IMG/VR virus record: IMGVR_UViG_3300049792_000058
Coordinates: 1 to 40,547 of that record
DNA length: 40,547 bases
Strand: one strand, 5' to 3'
Source of the DNA: a virus
Taxonomy: Duplodnaviria; Caudoviricetes
The notes beneath the pieces are model-generated. The model searched no databases. It was not told where the DNA came from and saw only the letters and a program-made list of their open reading frames with translations. Positions 1 to 7,986 of the stretch are shown in pieces. Numbering within the stretch: position 1 is the first letter of the stretch; each line of letters starts with the position of its first letter. Both the position numbers and the translations under genes were made by a program.

Positions 1-127
1 ATGAGGAACGCCGCGGGCAACCCGCCGTTGTCCCCAGCGCGAAAGTCCCGGCGCTCCGCCAGGCTCATCGTGTCGAGCGGGTACCAGACGGAGCCGTTGT
101 TGACGTCGACCCCGTGGATCTCGGTGG
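1..127. repeat. 127-bp terminal direct repeat, copy 1 (circular assembly overlap)
   Basis: Bases 1-127 are identical to 40421-40547, and an ORF reads in frame across the junction. 127 is a common assembler k-mer length. Confidence 0.95.
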
Positions 128-374
128 CCGCCGTCGGCCAGGCCACCTCGAGGAACGCTTCGCCTACGGCGGCGGGCGCCGTGGGTAGGGCCGTGGGGGT
201 GCTCCAGTCGAGCAGCCCGGAGAAGCCTCCGGCGGTGAGCTCATTGCGCACCGCCCGTAACGACTGGGTGAGGTACCGCATGAGCTGCGCGTCCGTGTGC
301 CGGACGGTCATGTCCCCGAGATCCGCTAGGTCCCGGAGGTCCCCAAGGAGCTCGCTCACCAGGCGGGTGGTCAC
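1..374 (-). CDS. Head-tail adaptor-like protein, 5' part (about 246 aa in total, spans the origin)
   Basis: GTG at 374 overlaps the upstream TGA (GTGA). It reads MTTRLVSELLGDLRDLADLGDMTVRHTDAQLMRYL... and is in frame with the 40054-40488 ORF. It lies between head genes and the fibre. Confidence 0.65.
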   Translation of the reverse strand, partial: MTTRLVSELLGDLRDLADLGDMTVRHTDAQLMRYLTQSLRAVRNELTAGGFSGLLDWSTPTALPTAPAAVGEAFLEVAWPTAATEIHGVDVNNGSVWYPLDTMSLAERRDFRAGDNGGLPAAFL

Positions 375-616
375 CCCGGGCCCCGGCCGCTCTCCTCGAT
401 CATCGTCATGATGGCCTGGCGCAGCGCATCCGCCCGTTCGGCGGGGTCCGCGTTCTCATCAAACACGGTTTTCGCGTAGCTATCGAAGGGCCCGGCGGCG
501 AGCGGTTCGGACTCGTCTGGTTCCTCGATGTCATCGAGGTCCCCGGCGTACTCCTCCGGATCATCCTCCTCATCGGCAGGAGCCGGTGCCGCAAACAGTC
601 CGCCGGGCTTGCCCAT
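371..616 (-). CDS. Small acidic hypothetical protein (81 aa) in the head cluster
   Basis: Start and stop overlap both neighbours; D/E-rich. Confidence 0.7.
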   Translation of the reverse strand: MGKPGGLFAAPAPADEEDDPEEYAGDLDDIEEPDESEPLAAGPFDSYAKTVFDENADPAERADALRQAIMTMIEESGRGPG

Positions 617-1125
617 TAGCTACCTGCCACGACCCCGATCGGGTCCTCGATGTTGATGTCCATCACCCAGTTCATGGCCGTGGCCGAACCGGTGAAGTTC
701 ACGATGACATCGTTGCCCGATAGGCCCAGCAGAATGGTGGCCGCCGTGCCGCCGCCCTGGTTGATGACGTTGACTGGGGTCGCGTTCGTGACCACCGGGG
801 TCGCCACGTTCATCATCACCGCCGCCACCAGCTCACACGACTGGAAGACGGTGGCCGCCGCGCCGCGCCCGAAGGCTCGGATACGGACGATGCTGATGGT
901 GCCCGCCGGAAACAGCGCGAGCCCCGCCGCTACTTGGGTAGCGAACAGGGTCGTGAGGTTTCCGACGGAGCCGCTGGTGACGGCGTCCGTGCTGAACAGG
1001 ATGCGCGCGTCACCCAGGTTGAACAGCTTCGGCTGACGGAGCGGCACGGCCGCGAAAAAATCATTGAAGCGCTTGCGGGTATCGCCCGCGGGCACCTGGC
1101 TCGATACGACTAGGGGAACGGCCAT
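616..1125 (-). CDS. Putative virion structural protein (169 aa)
   Basis: Coupled ORF downstream of the capsid gene; β-rich, A/T/V/G composition. Confidence 0.65.
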   Translation of the reverse strand: MAVPLVVSSQVPAGDTRKRFNDFFAAVPLRQPKLFNLGDARILFSTDAVTSGSVGNLTTLFATQVAAGLALFPAGTISIVRIRAFGRGAAATVFQSCELVAAVMMNVATPVVTNATPVNVINQGGGTAATILLGLSGNDVIVNFTGSATAMNWVMDINIEDPIGVVAGS

Positions 1126-1532
1126 TAGGAGACTCCGGTTTCCACGGACAACGTGAACTCGATGATGGCGCCGTCGGCGGGAGCGGCTTCGGCTCCCGTG
1201 TCACTGCGGCGCGTTTTGAGCGTGAGCGTGCCGGCGCTTGCCGACTCGCTCGCCGCCAGGATGTTGGCGATGCACACCAGCTGGGTCCCCGTCGGGGGGA
1301 GTATCTCACACCCCACCACGTGGTAGTCCTTGCCGGTGGGGAGCCCCGCTACGGCGTAGCTCCCGGTGGCCCCGGTGATGGTGGCCTGATGGCTCTGGCG
1401 CCGCGTGCTCGATACCGTGCACGTGGCGCCCGAAGCGCTGAAGGTCCCGCGGACCTTTACCGTGATGGGCCGGATGAAAAGGTCACCCGGCTTCTCAAAG
1501 TAATAGTCCTTGGTTGCGGTAGGCTCTGCCAT
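1125..1532 (-). CDS. Putative capsid decoration or structural protein (135 aa)
   Basis: Directly after the major capsid gene; T/A/G/S-rich β-type sequence. Confidence 0.6.
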   Translation of the reverse strand: MAEPTATKDYYFEKPGDLFIRPITVKVRGTFSASGATCTVSSTRRQSHQATITGATGSYAVAGLPTGKDYHVVGCEILPPTGTQLVCIANILAASESASAGTLTLKTRRSDTGAEAAPADGAIIEFTLSVETGVS

Positions 1533-1539
1533 GCGCGGC

Positions 1540-2895
1540 TCAGTTCAGCGGGCAACGCGCGAGCGATGCGGGGTTTTCCGTGCGCAGTGAGCCGTACCCC
1601 GTGTACTGGAGCGCGTAGGTGTCGGTGTAGGGGTCGCGCACCCACTTGAGCCCATCGTCGTCCATCACGGACGGGATGCCGGCTGCGGAGTGGAGGGTCC
1701 AGTCCGCCGGATCGGTCATCCAGCACACGTCCGGATCGAACATCGGGCCCTCTTCCAGGCGGATGTCGGCGCCGACGCAAGTGAGCTCGATGTACTTGTA
1801 GCCGTACTTTGTCTTGCCCTGGTCCTTGACCGAGTAGCCCGCTTCGCGCACGTCGGTGCGCTGGAGCAGCTGGCTCGCTTCGTTGAAGCGGGTCGTGTGC
1901 ACGTACGCGCATTTCGTCGCGTCGGTCCAGCCGTAGCGGGAGACCGCCACGACCGCCAGCTTCTCGATGCGCTGGAGGATATTGAGCCCCGCCACTTCAG
2001 CCGCGAGCAGGCGGATGCCGGCCAGGACCTCGTCAGTCGTGCGATCCATGTTCTTGAACAGGGTCGCGCCCGGAGCCGTTGCCGGGCACCAGGAGGCGAG
2101 CGTATCGAGCACGAACCCGCTCGTGTCGCCGTCGACCCCGTTGTCGTTGCCGGCGCCCAGGTTGGCCGGCGCGTACATGCCGAGCATGAACAGGAACATG
2201 GTCCCGGTCCAGCCCGTGGGGGTGCCGATGGTGCCGCCGCTGGTGGTGGTCACGCTGAAGGTCGGCGCGCTACCCGAGCGGCCTACCTTGCTCACGAAGC
2301 CCTGGGAGGCGCCGCCGAGTAACGAGCCGCTGGTGCCGTCGGTCGCGCTCGCCACCAGGATCTGGTCGGGGCGGATGCGGTTGATGTGCTCGGGGTTGCT
2401 GGTGATGGTGCATACGCCCGCCGCGATGGTGGCCGTGCACACGGAGAGCCCAGCGCTCCCACACGTGATCATCCACTCCAGCATCTGGCCGCTCTGCTTG
2501 AGATGGCCGTCCACGTGGGCGCCCATGGCCCGGAGCGCTGCAGCGTCGCCGCTGTTGCCCCGCTTGACCTCGCGCTCGGTGACGACCACCTCACCCTTGA
2601 GGCAGCCCTGGCTGTTGCGGATTTGCTGGAAGCTACCGTTGCCGCGGCGGCCGCCCTGGTTGGCGATGCTGCGCGCGCCGGAGCGCGTGCCGGACCAGCC
2701 GACGCCGCCCGAGATTTGGACGAAGCTGTTGAAGCTCTCGCCGTCGGGGTTGATGGTGCGTTTGACCGCGCTGAGGAAGCGGGTCGGCATCAGCGCGAGG
2801 TTCGTGACCTTCTCGCTGGTGCTGTATTTGCGCTTGAGAAGCTGCTCTGTGTAGGTATTGCCCACGGGGTGGAACTCCAGAAAAGTGAGGTTCAC
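1540..2895 (-). CDS. Major capsid protein (about 450 aa)
   Basis: Size, first gene behind a consensus-like promoter, and a C-terminus (DGLKWVRDPYTDTYALQYTGYGSLRTENPA) resembling HK97-fold capsids of podo-like phages. The start could be the downstream GTG (VGNTY). Confidence 0.75.
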   Translation of the reverse strand: MNLTFLEFHPVGNTYTEQLLKRKYSTSEKVTNLALMPTRFLSAVKRTINPDGESFNSFVQISGGVGWSGTRSGARSIANQGGRRGNGSFQQIRNSQGCLKGEVVVTEREVKRGNSGDAAALRAMGAHVDGHLKQSGQMLEWMITCGSAGLSVCTATIAAGVCTITSNPEHINRIRPDQILVASATDGTSGSLLGGASQGFVSKVGRSGSAPTFSVTTTSGGTIGTPTGWTGTMFLFMLGMYAPANLGAGNDNGVDGDTSGFVLDTLASWCPATAPGATLFKNMDRTTDEVLAGIRLLAAEVAGLNILQRIEKLAVVAVSRYGWTDATKCAYVHTTRFNEASQLLQRTDVREAGYSVKDQGKTKYGYKYIELTCVGADIRLEEGPMFDPDVCWMTDPADWTLHSAAGIPSVMDDDGLKWVRDPYTDTYALQYTGYGSLRTENPASLARCPLN

Positions 2896-2931
2896 GAGCC
2901 GTTAAAGCTGCTCGCTCCGCTTCTCTGGATT

Positions 2932-3070
2932 CAGGCCCCAGGGGCACCTCTAGGAGATTACCGAGCGCTAGGCGCTCCTCCCGTTTACCGTCTACGGGTT
3001 AGACGCTCCGGGGTGGCAGTCCCGGGCCTGGTGAGGGGAACTCGATAGCTGGGGACGGTTACATCCCCAG
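2932..3070 (-). other. Hairpin-rich 5' leader of the capsid operon (candidate structured RNA)
   Basis: CAGGCCC(2932-2938)/GGGCCTG(3024-3030) encloses GAGCGC-TAG-GCGCTC(2963-2977) and CGTCTA-N5-TAGACG(2989-3005). A further stem is CTGGGGA-N8-TCCCCAG(3049-3070). Confidence 0.5.
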
Positions 3071-3071
3071 A

Positions 3072-3100
3072 ATCGTGTCAGCCGCCTGGACGGATGTCAA
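3072..3100 (-). promoter_or_regulatory. Sigma70-type promoter for the capsid/late operon
   Basis: Minus strand TTGACA (3100-3095), 17-bp spacer, CACGAT (3077-3072), in an intergenic gap upstream of the capsid gene. Confidence 0.6.
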
Positions 3101-3156
3101 GCGCCCGTCGCCAGCGCCACCCACGCCGCCGCTTGCCTCCGGTTCGTGCTCGGCGC

Positions 3157-3552
3157 TCACGTCCCACGCTCCTCAAACAGCTGGACCAGGCCCTCGCGGA
3201 GCGCGTCCCGCTCGAGGGTGACCATCTTGAGCTCGGCCCGGACCCGCGCCAGGTCCTTGCCCATCGCCATCCAATTGCGCTGAGGCGCCTCCGCATCGCC
3301 GCCGACAATCGGCGCGTGCCCGTTGGTGGGCGCTGGGGTCGGCTTGATGTCGTGGTCGATCGGTATCGGCCGCCCATCGATGAGCGAGCCGTCTCGGTAT
3401 TGCTGGACCCACTTGCCAAGCAGCTGCTTGTTCACCCCCGCCGCCTCGGCTATCGCGGTGGCGGTGCCCTGCTTGCTGAGGACCTTGTCCACCAGCTCCA
3501 TCTTGAACGCGTTGCTATGCATGCGCTTGGTAGCGCTCTTCTTGCTTGCCAT
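3157..3552 (-). CDS. HTH plus zipper protein resembling IS3-family OrfA, stand-alone
   Basis: RMHSNAFKMELV..IAEAAGVNKQLLGKWVQQY HTH and LARVRAELKMVTLERDALRE zipper. GGAGGG RBS before ATG 3552. No DDE OrfB follows. Confidence 0.7.
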   Translation of the reverse strand: MASKKSATKRMHSNAFKMELVDKVLSKQGTATAIAEAAGVNKQLLGKWVQQYRDGSLIDGRPIPIDHDIKPTPAPTNGHAPIVGGDAEAPQRNWMAMGKDLARVRAELKMVTLERDALREGLVQLFEERGT

Positions 3553-3606
3553 TGCTTCCCTCCGTTGTGGGCCCACCCCTGGGCCCGGTTGCTTATTCGG
3601 TAGCCT

Positions 3607-4059
3607 CTAGACGCTCGGCTTGTCCGCCGCAAGCACGGCGTCATCGATGATGACCATGCCGTCATCGTGGACCGTCACGGTGAGCGGATGCGCCGAGCGG
3701 TTGAGTATCTTGAGATCCGCCGCCAGCTCGCGATTGCGCTGCTCCAGCTCATCGGTGCGGACGCGCGCCACCGTGTCCGCCGTCTTGATGTAGTCCTCCA
3801 GGTCGGTGATGCGGGCCTGCGCCAGCTGCAGCGCCCGGCCGGCATCGTACGCTTTCGCCGCAAAGGACGCATTGTCACGCTCCGCCGCTACCAGCTTGTC
3901 GAACCATCGTTTGTCGACCCGCACGAAGTCCTCGCGCTCGCGCTGGGTCTCCAGCTCCTTGATGCGCTCGACCAGCGGAGCCACGTCGTCATAGTCGACC
4001 ATGGTGCCGTCGGGCGCCTCTTCGAAGTCGGATCCAGCCAAGGGCGCCCAGCGCTTCAT
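3607..4059 (-). CDS. Hypothetical coiled-coil protein (150 aa)
   Basis: ATG 4059 overlaps the upstream TGA; heptad-like charged sequence. Confidence 0.7.
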   Translation of the reverse strand: MKRWAPLAGSDFEEAPDGTMVDYDDVAPLVERIKELETQREREDFVRVDKRWFDKLVAAERDNASFAAKAYDAGRALQLAQARITDLEDYIKTADTVARVRTDELEQRNRELAADLKILNRSAHPLTVTVHDDGMVIIDDAVLAADKPSV

Positions 4060-4202
4060 CGAAAACCCCGCGGGTCGACGACTTCCAGCCGACGACCGAC
4101 TTTGATGCCGAGCCAGCCGCCGGTAATGGCCGAGCAAAACATCCACATCACGATGTCAGCCCACCCGAAGATGCCGGTCGCCTCCAGCTCGCACAGGCTC
4201 AT
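4056..4202 (-). CDS. Small putative membrane protein (48 aa)
   Basis: Hand-translated MSLCELEATGIFGWADIVMWMFCSAITGGWLGIKVGRR...; start/stop overlaps at both ends. Confidence 0.6.
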   Translation of the reverse strand: MSLCELEATGIFGWADIVMWMFCSAITGGWLGIKVGRRLEVVDPRGFR

Positions 4203-4468
4203 CAGCAGTCCTTCGGCTTGGCTGCCCAGAGCGCTTGCGCCAGACGCCAGCTCTCGGTGAGGGCCCCACTCTCGTTCATCGAGAAACGGCTCGGCTCGGC
4301 CAGCAGCCGCTCCGCGATGTGTAGCGCCGCCTGGCGGATGAACTCGATGCGCTCGGTGTCCACGGTCGCGTCCTGAGGGAGCCGGTGCTGCGCCTCCAGG
4401 TGCCCGTACATTTTGCAGAGGTCACACCAAGGGGCCTCCATCACGCGCGCGTTCTCGTCGGTGATCAC
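4202..4468 (-). CDS. Hypothetical protein (88 aa) with CxxC..H..H motif
   Basis: Coupled ORF with GAGG RBS; WCDLCKMYGHLEAQH. Confidence 0.65.
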   Translation of the reverse strand: MITDENARVMEAPWCDLCKMYGHLEAQHRLPQDATVDTERIEFIRQAALHIAERLLAEPSRFSMNESGALTESWRLAQALWAAKPKDC

Positions 4469-4602
4469 TCCGCCCCTCCTCTGAACAGGAACACGTGGGC
4501 CAGTTCCCCCACCAGCTGAGGACTCAAGCGGTCCAGATGCCAGAGCGCCACTGCGGCGGGCAGGAACATGTGGAACGCGTAAATCAGTTTAGCTTTGAGC
4601 AT
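4465..4602 (-). CDS. Small hydrophobic hypothetical protein (45 aa)
   Basis: Hand-translated MLKAKLIYAFHMFLPAAVALWHL...; TGA overlaps the next GTG. Confidence 0.5.
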   Translation of the reverse strand: MLKAKLIYAFHMFLPAAVALWHLDRLSPQLVGELAHVFLFRGGAE

Positions 4603-4915
4603 TGATGCACCGGGGGTGAGGGTTGCGGATGAAGGGACGGCTCCGATCGGCGGAGGTAGTCCTTGTGGAAGAAATACCCCAGTAACCAGGCCGGGTCATT
4701 GGCGGCGAACCGTGCCGTGGCGTATTGCCTCGCTAGGTCATCCCCCCTGAGCGCCAGATTGTCCTCCGCCCCCAGGCCGCCGAGGCCCGCTTTATCCAGC
4801 TCGGCCAGCACCTGCCCCATGCGTCGGCTCGCCACGACAGGCCGAGGCACTTCCGCATGTGCTCCCGGAGCCCATCGCGCGCGTCATCCAGCTCTGCTTT
4901 CCCTACCTGATTCAT
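4584..4915 (-). pseudogene. Hypothetical gene apparently split by a frameshift (ORFs 4733-4915 and 4584-4850)
   Basis: The coupled start at 4915 looks coding for about 25 codons; after that the -1 frame has the better GC3 pattern by eye. Confidence 0.3.
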
Positions 4916-5511
4916 AATAAAAACCCTTCCCTTCTCGCTGCTTGCTTCGCCTCCGCGGGGAGCTGGCTCAGGATCGCCCTGGCCTTCTCCGCGCGCCCTA
5001 CTTCAATCGTCTCGAGGTGACGCTCCACCGCCTCCGCTACCGAGAGCCCGCCCTGGCGCCCTTCCTTGTCGATGGCCCAGAGGAAGCGGAAGCGCGTCAT
5101 CAGCATCCACTTCGCTAGCTCCGCGTTCGGTGGCCGCTCGCCTCGCTCGGTCGGCACGCCGTTGCCCTCCATCTCATCCCAGATGATCTTCATCAGCCGG
5201 CCCGATATCTTCGCCTCCTCCAGGATGAACGCATCGGCGAAGCGCTTGTAGGGCTCGACCGCGTACGGGCCGCTCCCTTCGTGCAACCAGCGAAGCATCG
5301 AACGCGGCGCCACGTTCGCCCGGATGGCGGCCATCTGCGGCCAGTCCCCCACGCGGAGCTCGACCAGCATTCGCTCGTGGAGCTCGGGGCTGAGCGCCGT
5401 CGGGTAGCCGTTGCCGTCCATGATGCTGCTGCCCACCGCGTGCCGGTGCGGCTGCTTCGGCTTCGGCTTCGGTGGAGGCGGAGGCGGAGGCGGTGCCTTC
5501 TTGCGCGGCAT
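4912..5511 (-). CDS. Terminase small subunit-like protein (199 aa)
   Basis: TerS-like layout: HTH (LSPELHERML..AAIRANVAPRSMLRWL), then YKRFADAF helix, then AKWML motif. Confidence 0.6.
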   Translation of the reverse strand: MPRKKAPPPPPPPPKPKPKQPHRHAVGSSIMDGNGYPTALSPELHERMLVELRVGDWPQMAAIRANVAPRSMLRWLHEGSGPYAVEPYKRFADAFILEEAKISGRLMKIIWDEMEGNGVPTERGERPPNAELAKWMLMTRFRFLWAIDKEGRQGGLSVAEAVERHLETIEVGRAEKARAILSQLPAEAKQAARREGFLL

Positions 5512-5787
5512 TCAGCCGGGCTCCCTCCGTGACGCGCAGCGCGCGCGCATCTCGGCGTGGAATGCTTCCAGCTCCGCTACCAGACCGTCCAGGACCGCAT
5601 CGTCCGCCTCCTGGTCCCGCTCTTCCCCGGTGACGCGCCTGAGGATGATGGAGAATACGCTCCGCGCTCCGGCGTAAAAGGCGTTCCGTGTTTCGCTGAC
5701 CTGCACGGCGCTAGCGTTCTGCGGAAGAATGGCCCGGTAGGTTCCCCAGGCCTCCGCCAGGGTCTTGAACTCGTGCTGCTTCGGCAT
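5512..5787 (-). CDS. Hypothetical phage protein (91 aa)
   Basis: ATG 5787 coupled by TGATG; ETRNAFYAGA motif familiar from phage hypotheticals. Confidence 0.7.
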   Translation of the reverse strand: MPKQHEFKTLAEAWGTYRAILPQNASAVQVSETRNAFYAGARSVFSIILRRVTGEERDQEADDAVLDGLVAELEAFHAEMRARCASRREPG

Positions 5788-5867
5788 CAGTTCCGTCCCT
5801 TGCCGCACTTGCACCCGTTGTGGGTGGGCTTGCCGCACGCCGCGCAGTAGATGGTCCAGGCCGCCAT
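5787..5867 (-). CDS. 26-aa Cys-rich microprotein (CxxC..CxC)
   Basis: MAAWTIYCAACGKPTHNGCKCGKGRN fills the gap exactly, with TGATG coupling at both ends. Confidence 0.55.
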   Translation of the reverse strand: MAAWTIYCAACGKPTHNGCKCGKGRN

Positions 5868-6205
5868 CAGTTCTGCCTCCCGGACGGTACCGCCACCCCT
5901 GGCACGCCGCTTGCCTTCTTGCCTTCGCGCGCGTCCGCCTTCGCGCGCAGTTCCCGGGACATCTCCTCCAGCGCTTCCGCCATCGCCCGCATCGCATCCG
6001 GCGGGCCATTGCAGCGCGTGGCGCAATCGACGGTGACGATCGCGCCGTGCGGATGACTCGGGTCCTGACACGCCTTCGCTTCCACGGTGAGCACCACCGC
6101 CGCCTCGAATTCGAACACGTCGATCGCGGCGTCCAGGATGGCCTGGGTCTTGTCCTTCTGGGTGTCGAGCGCCCGCTCCCCGCCCTCTACGGGGCCCCCG
6201 TTCAC
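5867..6205 (-). CDS. Hypothetical protein (112 aa)
   Basis: Coupled ORF in the leftward operon. Confidence 0.65.
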   Translation of the reverse strand: MNGGPVEGGERALDTQKDKTQAILDAAIDVFEFEAAVVLTVEAKACQDPSHPHGAIVTVDCATRCNGPPDAMRAMAEALEEMSRELRAKADAREGKKASGVPGVAVPSGRQN

Positions 6206-6330
6206 TTGCCACCCCTGGGCGCCGAGCGGGCCTCAGCGGCGAGATACGGGGCTATGTCGAGCAGCGCGACGCGCAGCCAGCGGAGCAGCAATTCATCATC
6301 GGAGATCTGTCGCCCTACCTGTTTCATCAT
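6202..6330 (-). CDS. Small hypothetical protein (42 aa)
   Basis: Hand-translated MMKQVGRQISDDELLLRWLRVALLDIAPYLAAE...; overlaps at both ends. Confidence 0.55.
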   Translation of the reverse strand: MMKQVGRQISDDELLLRWLRVALLDIAPYLAAEARSAPRGGK

Positions 6331-6737
6331 GTCTCTGGTTCCCTCTTCGGTGGTGGCTTCGGTTGCGGGATGGGGTACTTGACCGTCGGTCGGTCGTGCA
6401 CGCTCACGCTGGTGAGGTCGAGGTCATCGCTCCAGCTCGCGCCGCCCATGGTGGTCGTGGGCAAGGGCGGGGGCTCGGCGTGCGTGCCGCGCGGTATCTG
6501 GAGCGACTGGACGCGGGCCGCGGCGCGGTCCTTGTGGAGGTTGTCCACGATCAAAGTGAGGCGCTCCAGCCAGACGTCGTGGTTGGAAAAGCGGCGGCGC
6601 GAGAGCAGCCAGAGCGAGAGCTCGAGCAGCAGCAGGAAAAGCATAATCGTCGCGATGACCACCCACGGATCGCGCACCAGAGCATCGATGTGTTCCACCT
6701 TGGGTGTGTACCATATCGGGCGTTCCACGAACCTCAC
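6327..6737 (-). CDS. Hypothetical single-pass membrane protein (136 aa)
   Basis: Hydrophobic stretch WVVIATIMLFLLLLELSLWLL. Confidence 0.65.
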   Translation of the reverse strand: MRFVERPIWYTPKVEHIDALVRDPWVVIATIMLFLLLLELSLWLLSRRRFSNHDVWLERLTLIVDNLHKDRAAARVQSLQIPRGTHAEPPPLPTTTMGGASWSDDLDLTSVSVHDRPTVKYPIPQPKPPPKREPET

Positions 6738-6752
6738 CCCGGCGCGCGCGGC

Positions 6753-7136
6753 TCATGGCTCCACGTACTCGCTTTCCGGGGTCCCGTCGGGTCGACGGCG
6801 CGCGGTTGGGTTGTGCCGATACCAGCCTTCCGGATCGCCGTGGCCATTCCAGCCGAGCACGGCGCGCCAGGCCGCGTCGCTGTCGTGGTAACACCAGATG
6901 CCGTCGAAACACTGCGTCTCGGCGTCTTGGCTCAGCCCGAGTTGCAGGTTGCCGAATAACATCGGGGTCAGGTGCAACACGCGTCCGTCGGGCAACACGC
7001 GGCGGTGGAGCCACCATTGGCGCCTGTCGTTGTCGTCCACATCCGGCGCTAGCCCCTGGTAAAACGCGATGCCGCGGGCCAGCTGGCGGAGGACTTCCTC
7101 CGCGCTCACCTCTACGGTCTCACTCTCCTCGCTCAT
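6753..7136 (-). CDS. Phage hypothetical protein (127 aa)
   Basis: ATG 7136 overlaps the upstream TGA; WCY..WNGHGDPEGWYRH..RRRPDG motif. Confidence 0.7.
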   Translation of the reverse strand: MSEESETVEVSAEEVLRQLARGIAFYQGLAPDVDDNDRRQWWLHRRVLPDGRVLHLTPMLFGNLQLGLSQDAETQCFDGIWCYHDSDAAWRAVLGWNGHGDPEGWYRHNPTARRRPDGTPESEYVEP

Positions 7137-7333
7137 AGCCAGCGCCTGCCCTTCGGTGTGACGCTCATGCCGTCCAGGAGGCCCTTGTCCCGGAGCCGTT
7201 GGATGGTGTCGTAGCGCCCGGGCCCGACCTCCCGCACGCTCGGCTCTCGCCCTAGTTCCTTCGTCAATCGCATAATCTCCTCGAGCACTTCGATCTGGGT
7301 GCTGCTCGGGTTGTCGTTCGGCTTGTTCGGCAA
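7133..7333 (-). CDS. LexA N-terminal-like winged-HTH regulator without peptidase domain (about 66 aa)
   Basis: STQIEVLEEI..LGREPSVREV..IQRLRDKGLL matches the LexA DNA-binding pattern. TTG start after an AAGGAAGG RBS. First gene of the leftward operon. Confidence 0.6.
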   Translation of the reverse strand: MPNKPNDNPSSTQIEVLEEIMRLTKELGREPSVREVGPGRYDTIQRLRDKGLLDGMSVTPKGRRWL

Positions 7334-7638
7334 AGCATCCCTTCCTTGCCCCGCGCGTGAGCGGGGGAGCATGGTATATACCCCACACCATGTATCCCGG
7401 TCAAAGCGCTCCCTCTTGCCAGCCCTGTTCCCCGACGCGTCACTACCCCGGGCACCGTCTACCGCGGTGGCCCACACCGTTGCAGTATGCCTCACCAAAA
7501 TGTCTCGATGAGGCGCATCACTCTGGCACATGTAGATGCGTGGGTCTACACGTAGAGCCACGTGGCGGCGGGACGCTCGTGGGTGATGAAACAGTCGGCG
7601 GGGGGTGGGCTCGTCCCACGTACTCCAGACGGGGATTC
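7334..7638. promoter_or_regulatory. Divergent control region with palindromic operator-like sites
   Basis: Gap between divergent operons. ACATGTAGA(7528-7536)/TCTACACGT(7545-7553) imperfect inverted repeat and GCCACGTGGC palindrome (7557-7566). Confidence 0.5.
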
Positions 7639-7986
7639 ATGGACGAATTTCTAGACGTGTTTGCGCGGAAGGTGGCCGCGATCGTGCTCTCCGAGATGCG
7701 GGGAGGTGACCTGGGGATGATTGACCAGCACGGAAGCCTGCTCGGCTCCCGCCGCCATTGTGCCGCGGTGCGCCGCCGCATCAAGCGCGGCACGGGCGGG
7801 GCGGCCATCGTCGGCCGTCGCTTCCTGCTCAGCCGGGAAGCGCTCCGGGAGGAGCTGGATGACCTCGATGCTCCGGAGCCTGAGCCCACGGGGGGTAAGC
7901 CACGACCCGGCAAGGGCGGAGATGACGCGGCTGACATCGATGAGGACGCGCTCTACCGTGAGACCCTGGCGGAGCTCGGTCACTGA
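7639..7986 (+). CDS. Excisionase-like DNA-binding protein (115 aa)
   Basis: Coupled to the integrase by TGATG. IDQHGSLLGSRRHCAAVRRR..GAAIVGRRFLLSREAL resembles integrase-adjacent proteins I recall from Polyangiaceae (recollection, not searched). Confidence 0.6.
   Translation: MDEFLDVFARKVAAIVLSEMRGGDLGMIDQHGSLLGSRRHCAAVRRRIKRGTGGAAIVGRRFLLSREALREELDDLDAPEPEPTGGKPRPGKGGDDAADIDEDALYRETLAELGH

Noticed and set aside
3078-3610. Intact IS3-family insertion sequence
   Set aside because: No DDE transposase, frameshift signal, terminal inverted repeats or target duplication were seen.
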